A stretch of 64,000 nucleotides of DNA, taken from positions 8,308,001 to 8,372,000 of the forward strand of contig NC_043009.1 of assembly GCF_006345805.1 (NCBI RefSeq), given 5' to 3'. The notes beneath the pieces were generated by a model. The model was not told the DNA's origin, did no database searches, and worked only from the letters and a program-made list of their open reading frames with translations. This document shows, in pieces, positions 24,554 to 36,500 of this stretch. The stretch's first letter is position 1; each line of letters starts with the position of its first letter. The position numbers and the translations under genes were made by a program. Source of the stretch: Octopus sinensis. Its lineage: Eukaryota.

Positions 24554-25777
24554 TCAGGCCATTAAAAATGAAATGACCAATATTCTTATCCACCAAGTTT
24601 GACTGTTGCTAACTCTAATGTCTTATCCTGACAATTCTTTGTTTTATGACGTAATGCAATTTATGGTGTCTGATTATATTGTGATTTTTCTCTTGTAAGT
24701 CAATGTTTGTGAATCCATGGATGGATAAAAAATTTGTGTTGTTTATGAATATGAGTTCTGTCATGGAACCAATGCATCCCAGACAGCTCAAAACATCAAT
24801 GGGGTGTTTTGTGAAGATGTGGGGTATGAGCGCACTGTACATTGATAGTTTGAGAAGTTCCGGCCTGGTTACTTTACTCTTGAAAATCAGCCCCATGGTA
24901 TACCTGAGATCGAGGTGGATGAGGATCAGCTGGAAACTGTAATGGAAGTGGATCCATCTCAAACTACACGTGAGTTAGCAGCAAGGTTTGATGTTTTAAT
25001 TCTGACTGTATTGGACCATCTGAAACAAATCAGCAAGGTTAAGAAGCTGGACAAGTGGGTACCACATGAACTGAACAAGCATCAAATGATGCCATCTTGA
25101 AACTTGCTGTTCTTTGCTGTCACAGCATAAAAGCAAACCATTTTTGTATCATATTGTTACATGTGATGAAAAATGGATTCTTTTCAATAATAGCAAGCGT
25201 TCTGCACGGTGGTTGGATAGAGACAAAGTGCCAAAACACAATCCCAAAAAGAATATTCACCAAAGAAAGCTAATAGTGTCTGTTTGATGGTCCATCACTA
25301 GTGTCATCCATTACAGCTTCATGAGATCTAGTAATTCAAATACAGTGGATGCATACATCAACTAATTCGATGAAACGATGAGTGAACTTGCAATTAAACA
25401 ACCTAGATTGGTCAGTAGAGACAGGCCAATCCTCTTGCAAGACAATGCTCAACCACATGTTGCACAAAGAATGGTACTTAAGTTATAGGAACTGAACTTG
25501 GAGGTACTCTGTCATCCACCATATTCACCAGACCTTGCACCAACTGACTATCACGTTTTCGAGGCATTAGACAACTTTTTGCAAGGAAAAGACCTCAAAT
25601 CTGAAGAAGATGCAAAAACAGTCTTTCGTGATTTCATCACCTCTTGCTTTCCAGAATTCTTTGCTGCTGGCATAAATAAGCTACCAATAAAATGGCAAAA
25701 TTGTGTTGATAATGTAGGTGCATACTGGGATTAGCTGCATTACTTTTTATTGAGATAATTCATTCTTAAGGACCTGA
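24554..25777 (+). mobile_element. Mariner (DD34D) transposon, near full length, disrupted
   Basis: Imperfect TIRs tcaggccattaaaaatgaaat and attcattcttaaggacctga, with TA on the right. Motifs KWVPHEL, TCDEKWI, LLQDNAQPH and HPPYSPDLAPTDYHVF. Confidence 0.93.
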
Positions 25778-26004
25778 TAGATGCCAGTTAGAAAAAGTTA
25801 GCAGGCATGGCTGCATGGTTACGAAGCTTGCTTTGCTATCACTGATTTCAGGTTTGGTTCCTACTATATGGCACCTTAGGTGTCTTCTACTACTGCCCCA
25901 TGCTGACCAATTCCTTGTGAGTGAATTTCAGTGACAGAAATTGCATGGAAGCCTCTCATTTATATATTTTTGCAATCATTGGAAAGTGAACATTCAAATA
26001 ACAA

Positions 26005-26525
26005 CGACCGAGACCTTTAGCAATATGCTGTGCTTGAGAAGAGCCAAGTGAGCCAAGTGAGATCGTAGCCATGGCCGATGCCAGTGTCGCAAAACTGGCC
26101 CATTCAATTGTCAGGCAATATGCTGTGCATGAGAAGACCTGTTGAGCCAAAGGAAATTGTAGTCGTGGTTGATGCGAGTGCTGCCTGATGGACACCTGTG
26201 CTGGTGGTGGCATGTAAAAAGCTCCATTCGAGCATGACTGATGCCAGTGTCACCTGACTGACACCCGTACAGGTCGCACGTAAAAAGCACCATTTGAGTG
26301 AGGTTAATGCCAGTGCTGCATGACTGGCTCCCATGCTGGTGGCACGAAACAAACACCCACTACACTCTGAGTGGTTAGCATTAGGAAGGGCATCCAGATG
26401 TAGAAACTTTGCCAGATCAGATTTGAACCCGGTGCAGCCTCCCGACTTGCCAGACCTCAGTTAAACTGTCCAACCCATGCCAGCATGGTAAGCAGGCATT
26501 AAACAATGATGATGATGATGATGAT
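26005..26525 (+). mobile_element. RTE LINE 3' end: ORF terminus, tandem internal units and family B tail
   Basis: gaccgagacctttagcaatatgctgtgcttgagaag (DRDL*QYAVLEK) matches the RTE ORF end at ~30520-30560. A duplicated ~90-bp block follows, then the ggcacgtaaaaagcacc units and the aggaagggcatcc...(gat)n tail. Confidence 0.7.
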
Positions 26526-28587
26526 TGTGTGTGTGTGACCATGTGTCTGTGTTTCTCCCAACACCACCTCTTGACAACCAATGTTAGTTTGTTTACATCC
26601 CCTCAACTTAGCAGTTTGGCAAAAGAGACCAATAAATAGAATAAGTACCAAATTTTAATAAAATAAGCACTAGTGTTGACTTGCTTGACTAAAAAGTATT
26701 TCAAGGCAGTACCCCAGCCAGCTTAACCACATTCCAGTAACTGAAACAAATAAAAAATAAAGATAATTTCATGTTAAGAGAGTTAATCTCTAAATATTTC
26801 CTTATAGAAATTTACCATACTTCTCAAATTTTATAGTTTTTCTGTATTTTCAAAATAAATTTTATGTTTTTAACTTTTACTTCAAAGACATATTTTCCTG
26901 TGTTGGACTTAATTCATTCTGGCTAAAGGAAATATTGAATTTCCTCTCACACTTCTCTTCCTTCTATCCAATCCCCCCCTCTTCCTGGCTAACCTCTGGA
27001 AAAAAAAAATTCTCAAAGATAGAGATAAAGCAGTAAGCCTGCTTGCACCTGTGATTTCTTTTCACCACCTTTCAATGTCTGCTGGAGAAGAATTCGTGTA
27101 CTGTCTCTATCAAATGTCAGGATCAGAAATGAGAAAGTATAGGATTGCTAAGATATCACAGTGTGTGACTTAGACACAATATGTCACTGAGTTCAACAGT
27201 ACTTAAATATCAAGTTAGTTCCCTTACTATATTGCAGATACCTTCCTTCACTTTCACCACCACCACCACCATCACTGTCACTAAATTCAGTTGCCACTTC
27301 ACAAATGGTTCTAAAATAAGGGTCAGCTAAGTCTAACCCCAATATCATTAACTAGAACTGAGAAATGAAAAATGGCTTCCTCCTTTTTTGGTGGGAAACT
27401 GATACTTAAGGGGGGGGGGGCTATCATCCCCCCTTTTTTTTTTCTTTTTCTAAATGCCTCCATTTAAAGGGAAACAGCTTGATAACAGAATCCTGATTAT
27501 TTTCATAAATGAGAAATTATAAATAAAGAGTAAGAATATTTTGTAACAGAGATGGGGTATATTTTTTCATGTAGGTTAAACCCCCTCCTCCTATAGATAT
27601 AACGCACTGCAAGCCCCAACCCCACACCCACCACTTAGAAGCCAGTCTCCAGAGAAATTGGCTGAAAATAGGACTGATTGAAGAAATTTACCATTGCTCT
27701 TTAGGTGGTTTACTTCATCTGCTAGAAATAGCACCCAATTCTCCCTCAAGTCACACTCTACATCTTTTAAAAAACAAAAGCTAACACTTAAAACTGGGAT
27801 ACACTGAGCTTCAAAATAAGATGGGTTGGTCATGAAGGGAATCATCAGCTTCCAACAAATAAACTTTGCATCTAATGTACTTTTTCTCATATTTCATCAT
27901 CCTCATCATCATAGTTTTAACATCTACTTTTCCATGCTTGCATGGGTCAGACATAATTTGTTGAGGTGAGTTTTCTAAGCTGGATGCTCTTTCTGCTGCC
28001 AACCCTCACCTCTTTTTCCAAGTAAGATAATATTTTCTCATGACCAAACATGTTTCTACAGAAGATTAGAGATAAAGGATACCACTCATTTGACGATTAC
28101 ACTTGCCTACAACTAGCACATGTGATGTCAAGGCAAGCAGACAGCGACACAGACACATGCACACACACACACACATCAGTTCACATCTACCAAATTCACT
28201 CACAAGGCTTTGGTCAGAAAATACTTGCACTAGGTGCTATGCAGTGGGACTGAACCTGGAATCACAGCCATACCAGTATATTCAAATATCAATGCATACA
28301 TTCTCATTTCAATGTGCAACATATGCATTACTTCCAAGAACTGCATGACGTTTGGCTAGCTCAACCTTCTCCCATTTCTTGCAGGAAACCATACACATTG
28401 AGTGGTTCTCTTGTGATCCACTCACAGCTTGCAATGTAATTGATGGATGAGAAAGTGAGAAGGGGAGAGGAAAAGTGGCCCCTAAAATTTGATTGGTACA
28501 TTATTGACTTTAGAAGGATCAAAGACAAAAGATAATCTTGGTAGGATTAGAACTCAAAAGTAAGGAGCTGGAGCAATTACTATAGAG

Positions 28588-29325
28588 CAATGGTTCCCAA
28601 CCAGGGTCATCATCATCATCATCGTTTAACATCCGCTTTCCATGCTAGCATGGGTTGGACTCCTTATAAGATTTTCCTGTTAAAATTTATCAGCAATAGT
28701 GTGGTAACAAGCTTGCTTACCAACCACATGGTTCCGGGTTCAGTCCCACTGCATGGCACCTTGGGCAAGTGTCTTCTACTATAGCCCCGTTTTGACCAAA
28801 GCCTTGTGAGTGGATTTGGCAGATGGAAACTGAAAGAAGCCTGTCATATGTATATGTATATATATATATATGTATGCATGTGTGTATATATGTTTGTGTG
28901 TCTGTGTTTGTCCCCCCAACATTGCTTGACAACCGATGCTGGTGTGTTTACGTCCCTGTAACTTAGCAGTTTGGCACAAGAGACCGATAGAATAAGTACT
29001 AGGCTTCCAAAGAATAAGTCCTGGGGTCGATTTGCTTGACTAAAGGCAGTGCTCCAGCATGGCTACAGTCAAATGACTGAAACAAGTAAAAGAGTAAAAG
29101 AGTAATAGCTAATAATAAGTACATACCAGTACATTCAAATATCGATGCATATATGGCTCTGTACATATTCATTTCAATGTACAACATATGCATTACTTTC
29201 AAGAACTGCATGAAGTTTGGCTAGCTCAACCTTCCCCCCAGTTCTTGGGATATAATAGGATATTTTAAATATTGAATGGTTATTGGGAGTGGGGTCCATA
29301 GGTAAAAAATGGTTAAGAATCACTG
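28588..29325. mobile_element. hAT-type MITE expanded by nested insertions
   Basis: Ends caatggttcccaacc and ggttaagaatcactg; TSD ctatagag/ctataaag (7 of 8). Interior remnants match 62676-62971. Contains a family B tail, a SINE A (28699-29105) and a segment similar to 28269-28381. Confidence 0.75.
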
Positions 29326-30199
29326 CTATAAAGCGTTTGTCCAACACCATAATGATTCTGTCAATCACCCCACTGTTACAAGAAATTGATTCTAATACAG
29401 TGTCTGCCACATGATGTAACTATTAATCTCTAATAAATATATTACAAATTATCAACTTTTCAATACGGTATCACAATCTAAATACTACAATATCAGAATT
29501 AATATATTGATTACGCATATTGGCACAAGGCCACAACTTTGTGGTGGGTTTAAAGTCAAATTACCAAAAGGAATTAACATACATTAAGATAACTTTATAT
29601 ATAAAAAAAATCATGTTGATAACAATAAGTTTTAAATAATAATAATTATTGATGTTTTTGGATACAAGGCATGAAGCCAATTTTTGTTGGGAAGTGAGTT
29701 GTTGTTTGTTGTTCAGTCCCAGATCTCTCCTAACAATGTAAACCTATAATCAAGACATTCTAATTATAACCGTTCCCATCATTTATTCATTCATTCTGTA
29801 AATTCTGATATTTACATTGAAGAACATTTTTTTAAAGTTTTTATTATGGCTTTGTCAGAGAAAAGGCAGTGTCCATGAGCATTTTTTTAAAGAATCTCTA
29901 AGACTGGTAGAAAGGAAAAGAAAAGTTATCTTCCAGCCTGAGACCTGATCCAAATTGCTGCAAAAGAGTGGATTCCACTAAAGATACCCAAGAGAGATAG
30001 TAAGTTATCCTGAACATTATTGTCTCAAGTTCTAGGACTCAAGGGGCCAGTCCCCATGGTGTCTAAGAGACCAAGATCACACTTGGTCATATGTCTTCAC
30101 CCAAAGAGATATATAGTGATATTAAATCAGATGAAACATTTAGTTTACTTCAGATCAAGTAGAGTAGAGTCCATCAAATGAGCTTCAGCACAGTTTCCA

Positions 30200-31210
30200 T
30201 GTACCCAATTTTACTCACAAAGCTTACTAGATGGGCTGTGAGAGCAGAGGATATGCGAAGGCTTGAAGGAAATGAAGCCAGCATACTCTGTGCTGCTGGA
30301 TGTGCATTGTCAGTGTGTATGTACAACAAAGTGTAAATGTTTTGAGGGGCATCAGTTGTAGTATGCAAGAGAAAAGACTGCACTGGTATGTGGTGCCTAT
30401 GGAGTAGGACAGCTGCATAAAGAAGTGCCAGTCTCTAAGTGCAGCGGAAATTTTGGAAGACATGGGACAAGGCAGTGAGAAATGATCGTCAGAGGTTGAG
30501 CCTCACAGAGGAGTTGACAGAGGATTAAGACAAATGGAATTTGCTGTGCTTTAGAAGATCCACCCAGCTAAGTAAAATCCATGTTCATGCCCCGTCCCTC
30601 CCCCACAGCACACCCATCCACACCACTGCTGTTCCCAACCTCTATTCCCTGTCACACATCTACCTACCTGTGCATGTGTTCCAGCTAAATCCCTTCTTCA
30701 CAGCATATCCTCCTAACCACTCCCTACCTCTACCAATGCCCACTCATTGCATCCCCCTCCAACCTCTAGCTCCCACTCATTTCGAAATCTTGTGAACTCA
30801 CCTACTCACCCTCACCAATCCCCAGTCCACCTCACTATATACACCACCCTGTAACCAGGGTACATGGGGAGGGGGATGTCACCTCCCTATCACATCTTCA
30901 CTCTCTCTCTCTCTTCCTCTTTCTCTCTCTGGTAGCCATGTTTCTTTTCTAACATGAGTCACCTTTTCTGCCCCTCAATACTACTCCCCCACCAGTTAAG
31001 GAGTTTTGTCCTGCAGCAAGCGTCATGTAAAAACACCCAGTACACTTTGTAAAGTGGTTGGCATTAGGAAGGGTATCCAGCCATAGAAATTATGCCAAAA
31101 ACAGACAACAGAACTTGGTGCAACCATTTGACTTGCCAGTTTCTGTCAAACCATCCTACCCATGCCAGCATGGAAAATGGATGTTAAATGATGATGATGA
31201 TGATGATGAA
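30200..31210 (+). mobile_element. RTE-clade LINE 3' fragment with 3' UTR and family B tail
   Basis: Frameshifted DMRRLEGNEAS...KTWDKAVRNDRQRLSLTEELTED..W, then a pyrimidine-rich segment, then aggaagggtatccagcc...(gat)n. Confidence 0.75.
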
Positions 31211-31543
31211 AGCTTGGGCTGACCTAAGGTTAAAATTAAAGACACTTGGTCAAGGTGCCATGCAGTGAGATTGAACTCAGATGCCTTTGGCTACAAAGTC
31301 AACTTCATAACCACGCAGCCATACCTAAACCTACAGTCGAATATTCTGCATTACTTTAAATTATTCATCTGTAGAATGCAAGCTTAATCCTAACTTAGAA
31401 GCGCTGCAGAATATGAGAATGAAGGAGCCAACAAGGAAGTTTCTAATGTTTATTTCCAAATACTAATAACATAATTTCCTGGTGAGTCTATTTAAAAAGA
31501 ACAGGAATTTATGTCAGTTGATTTAGCATTGGTATCTCATTAG

Positions 31544-31618
31544 CTCAGAGAAAGGAAAGATACGGTTGACCATGTTCAGGAGCTGAACACAGAACTCAAA
31601 GGCATCCAAATAGACAAG
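31544..31618 (+). CDS. Candidate 75-nt exon (phase 0/0) with a GC donor, coiled-coil-like peptide
   Basis: Acceptor cattggtatctcattag, open frame LRERKDTVDHVQELNTELKGIQIDK, donor AAG|gcaagc close to the GC-AG consensus. Confidence 0.4.
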
Positions 31619-31659
31619 GCAAGCCTCCAAGTCTGTGTTCTCTGTCTTCTCTGCCATCG

Positions 31660-31742
31660 CCACCACCACCACCACCACCACTACCATCACCACCACCACC
31701 ACCACCACCACCACCACCACCACCACCACCACTACCACCACT
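31660..31742. repeat. (CAC)n trinucleotide repeat
   Basis: Directly visible. It explains the poly-Val ORF 31523..31741. Confidence 0.95.
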
Positions 31743-31825
31743 TTTATTTGTAACGAATGTTTATCATTAGCTCAAGGTCATAAGTTTGTCAAATAGAGAG
31801 TATTCAGTCAAAGTTGATAATAATA

Positions 31826-32765
31826 TCGGTTTCAAATTTTGACACAAGGCCAGCAGTTTTAGGGGAGGGGGTAAGTTGAATACATCGACCCCCACCGCCG
31901 TACTCAACTGGTACTTATTTTATCAACCCCAAAAGGATGAAAGGCAAAGTCAACATCAGCAGAATTTGAACTCCAAATGTAAAGATGGGTGGATTGCTGC
32001 TAAGCATCTTGCCTGGTGTTCTAACAATTCTGCTAGCTTGCTGCCTTAAGAATAATGATAATAATAATCCTTTCTACTACAGGCACAAGGCCTGAAATTT
32101 TGAGGGAGGAGGTTAGACGATTACATCGATCCCAGTGTATAACTGGTACTTTTTTCATTGACTACTTAAAGGATAAAAGTCAACCTTGGCAGAATTTGAA
32201 CTCAGAATGTAGCGATGATCAAAATACCGCTAAGTATTTTACCCAGCATGCTAACAATTCTGCCAACTCACCACCTTAATAATAATAATATAATAATAAT
32301 AATAATAATATAATAATAATAATAATGATTTCAATTTTTTCCACAAGGGCAGTAGTTTGGGGGTGGGGAGGGGATGAGTCAATTACATTGATCCCAGTGC
32401 TTAACTGGTACTTATTTTATCAACCCTGAAAGGCTGAATGGCAAAGTCAGTCTCACCAGGATTTGAATTCAAAATGTAAAGAGTAGAAAGGAATGTTGTC
32501 AAGCATTTTATCTAGTATGGTAACAATCCTGCCAGCTCATCACATAATAATAATTTAATTCATTTAACAGAATACTGGATGTGAAACTGGTGCCATGAGA
32601 AATGTTTGTACATTATGACCGTCTGTCTTTACATTCTGAGTTCAAATTCTGCTGAGATCAACTTTGCCTTTTGTCCTTTCAGGGTCGATAAATTAAGTAT
32701 CAGTTGTGTACTGGGGTCAATCTAATCAACTGGCTCCCCTCCCCACAAAAATTTCAGGCTTAGAA
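31826..32765. mobile_element. Cluster of four SINE family C copies (three minus, one plus)
   Basis: Minus copies at ~31826-32052, 32065-32278 and 32328-32545, each preceded by (AAT)n-like tails. Plus copy at ~32590-32765. Confidence 0.85.
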
Positions 32766-33545
32766 AAGTATGCTGTGACAGTTACAGAATATAGAAAGTA
32801 ATGTAACACCAATGACTATATAATCCAACCAAAATATCTCAGCTTCACAAATGTAAACGGAATTACTATTTAACCTTAAAATATATCATACATATTCAAA
32901 GAACCTTAATGTACAAATTTAAATGCAAAAAAAAACGAAATAATAAATGGATTTATGAATGTAAGTTTGATAATTGCATTTATTTCCACCACACGATACT
33001 TATTATTGCAAATGTTTTAACTAACCTATACTATACACACACAAATACATTCATATATATATATGTCTCGAGTTGTAGCTGTAATTCAAAGGGGCCAGCC
33101 TTGTCATATTCTCCCAGAAAACTTCATTAACGTTATGCATGGCAGTGGAGTACTCAGCAATTTGTGAGTTAATTTTATCCTCATGTGGTAATGAAAAGTG
33201 AAATTGACATCCAATATTTGCTGCATGTATGTATCTATGTATGAACTTTTCTTTGGATTTCTCTGTCACTGCCTTTGTGTCCCTCATCTCTCCCACTTTT
33301 GATTTAACAATGTGTATATGTATCTATCTATCTACTTCTTCCGCGATGTGGTAAACATTTAAAAACACAAAACGAATGCTGTCACCACTCACTGTCTCTT
33401 TCACTTTCTCTCTTTCTCTCTCTCACTCTTTTTCTCTTACTTCCTCTGTCTTCCTCTCTTTCACTTTGCCACTTCAAAGAAGTGGTGTGATGCATGCAAC
33501 AGGTATGTACAAAAACAAAAAGTTACTGTATTAATATTATTGATG

Positions 33546-33577
<32 letters not shown>

Positions 33578-36500
33578 TTGACATTCCATCATCACAGTGA
33601 GCTTTATGAGTGTATTTCCAAATTAAAGATAATCACAAGTGTGTTCATGAGACCCAGTCCCTGAGTGATGGTCTCTTTCACAGCAAATGTTTTCTGTGCA
33701 ACAGGGTGGGCCTGATAATTGTCCAAATACTGCTACAAAGATTAAAAGATGGACTCAAAATTACAATAGAGTTGTAATGGAATGCTGTAACAGAAGTGAG
33801 TCTACCAAAATAGGATGCAGGAAGTGGATGTATAAAATATGGCAGAGAAATACATGTTCCCTATCATGGAACAAAGATTTCTAGATCAGAAAAATCTAAT
33901 CTTGAAAAGACTATGGTTATCCCAGTTGAAAATGGAGATCTCCACAGTAGTGAGAGAGTGTGAACATGACTACATTAAGCATGAAGAAGAGAAGGAGTTG
34001 AACAAGAATGAGGAATAGTTGATGGGCCAATAAATCCTCAGAAAAGAGACAACTGAATAAGTGAAGGCAAATTTCTTTCATGAAAGGAAAGATCATTATA
34101 GAGGAAGAAAGGAGCTTGCTACAATGAGATGTGAGAGAGAGTAAAAGACACTACCAGCTGTAAGAGGGATTGGAAGAGAAAAACTAAAAAAATGTAATGA
34201 AGAAGGTGAATGATCTGTTTGTAAAAACCTGTATTGAAAATATAACATATCTAAATGGCTTTATACAGAGCACAGTTTCTGTTGTTATGCAAATTCTTGG
34301 GGTTAAAAGCCAATGGAAAACAAAGACAAAGTCCTCTGGTGGGAACAAAGACTTAAGAACGAAATTGAACAGCTCAAGAGAGATCTTGGACAAATACATG
34401 TAATCACAGAAAAGAAGAGGGTGAGGGAAAGACACAGGAACAAACTGCAATGGAAGCACAGCTTTAAACAGAAAGGGTTGCAGATAGTTAAAGAAGAGAT
34501 AAGGCAAAAAAATCAAAGCAGAGTCAGGGGAGAAAAAAGTAGATATCAACAGAGAACAAATCAGTACGAGCAGAATAGGCTCTAGAGGAACAACTAAAGG
34601 AAATTCTATAAACAACTGAACAATGAAGAGGAGCATAAGAGGAATGATATGCCAAATGCTGAAGCAGCAAGAAAATTCCAGGCAGAAATCTGGAGCAAAG
34701 AAATCCAACATCACAAAAAGCAAACTAGTAGTGAGAATTTTAAGAGAGAAATGGAAGATGGACTGACACAAGAGAACATAACAATTATGGATAAAAAGTG
34801 GAATAGATGATTAAGAAAATATGAAACTATAAAGCACCCCAGACCAGATGATGTTCAAGGGTTTTGGCTCAATAATCTCCCAATCTTACGCAGCTATTTT
34901 TGATGTTTCTTACTGATCATATATAAACTGGAACCTCAACATGGACGATAATAGGAAGGACACTTCTGATACAGAAGGACAAAGAAGAGAGAAGGGAGGT
35001 CAGCATTTATAGACTTACTACATGCTTACCATTGCTCCAGAAATTATTAACTGGCCTATTAGCAGATGATTGACCGAGAGGGGGGAGTTGAGAATCAATC
35101 AAACCCAATTAACACAGAAATGACCTTGGACATGAAAAGAAGCTATTCATTCGAACAGCGAATGAAGTGCAAACAACTTTGGATGCAAGTTGTGCTGTAG
35201 GACCTTTGCAACAGAGAGAGAGGCTTGAAGATACATCAGGGAAAGACTTGTGAGAAGGGGACCGAGTGTGGATCATCTGATCGTAAAACATGTGGAAAAT
35301 CCTCCCCAGACTCAAACCACAGCAAAGACCTCTTCCTGACAGGAAGCTGCAGGTTATGAGGCTGGTGAATCAGATAGTACTTGGAGAAAACCAAGGGCTC
35401 TGTGGCCTGCTGCTAATGAGAAATGAAAATATAAAGAGTTTGAAAACAAGGTATGTGGAGCTCTTTACAAAATGACAGGATCTACAGTGGAGAAACTTGG
35501 AAAGTTAACAAGCTCAGTATGTGATACAGGAAAGGAATTATTTGGAGTGAAAGAGAGTATCCAATTAGTGAAAGGAAAGTGTGGACCAAGCAGGAGGATC
35601 AGGAAAATGAAACAGTTGAGGAAGGGAAAAACCAGCCAAAGAAAGCAATGGAAATGTGCTGCGGAAGACGAAAAACCCGGCCTTGTGCTGCTGTATGATG
35701 ATTTGGAAAGGAAATGCTGTTGTGTGCAATGACATATCCACCAGTATGAGTTACAAAAGGAAAGTAAAAGGATTTGGGGTCAGTTTCTGAAGTACAGGGT
35801 TACTAAGAAGCTGTTCACTGAACCGAAGAGTGGCACTTTATCATGCACGAAAGAAGAATTGGATGCTCATATCAAAGAAACCTACAGCAATCCACATCAT
35901 AACCAGCCACTGCCACCTCTAAATGGGCTAAAGCATCTCTTAGAACCTGATATCGAATTTCAAATTGGGGACATCAGGGAGAAAGAGGTAAATGAATTCA
36001 TGAGAAAGGCTAGAGCAAAGAGTGCCCCAGGAGGTGGTGGCATCTTGTATAAAGTATATAAATATTGCAATCGTCTGTGAAAGAAGCTCTTTGTCCTACT
36101 CCAACAACTGTGGTGCAAAGAGACTTTAGTAGAGGATTGGTGCAAGTCAGAAGGTATATACCTGCCAAAGGAGGCCAATGCAGAGACTATAAAACAGTTT
36201 AAGCCGATATCCTTATTGAATGTGGAAGGCAAGATCTTTGTGGGAATTCTCTCAAGGAGAACAGTGACATATTTACAGAGTAATGGATATGGTGATGAAT
36301 CTGTTCAAAAGACTGGGATCCCTGGATGCATTGAACACTGTTTTTCAATTTGGAAAGTGATCCAGGATGCCAAACAGAACTAGAGAAGTCTGGAATTGGT
36401 ATGGCTTGACCTAGCTAATGCAAACGGCTCAATGTCACATGAATTACTGATGAGAGCCATGGACTACTTCCACATTTCAGATAAAGTAACCAAGTTAATG

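Noticed and set aside
34184-34771. 195-aa hydrophobic minus-strand ORF, the longest in the track
   Set aside because: It is the antisense shadow of the purine-rich R4 coding strand. The same applies to 35960-36232, 36464-36877 and 40088-40423.
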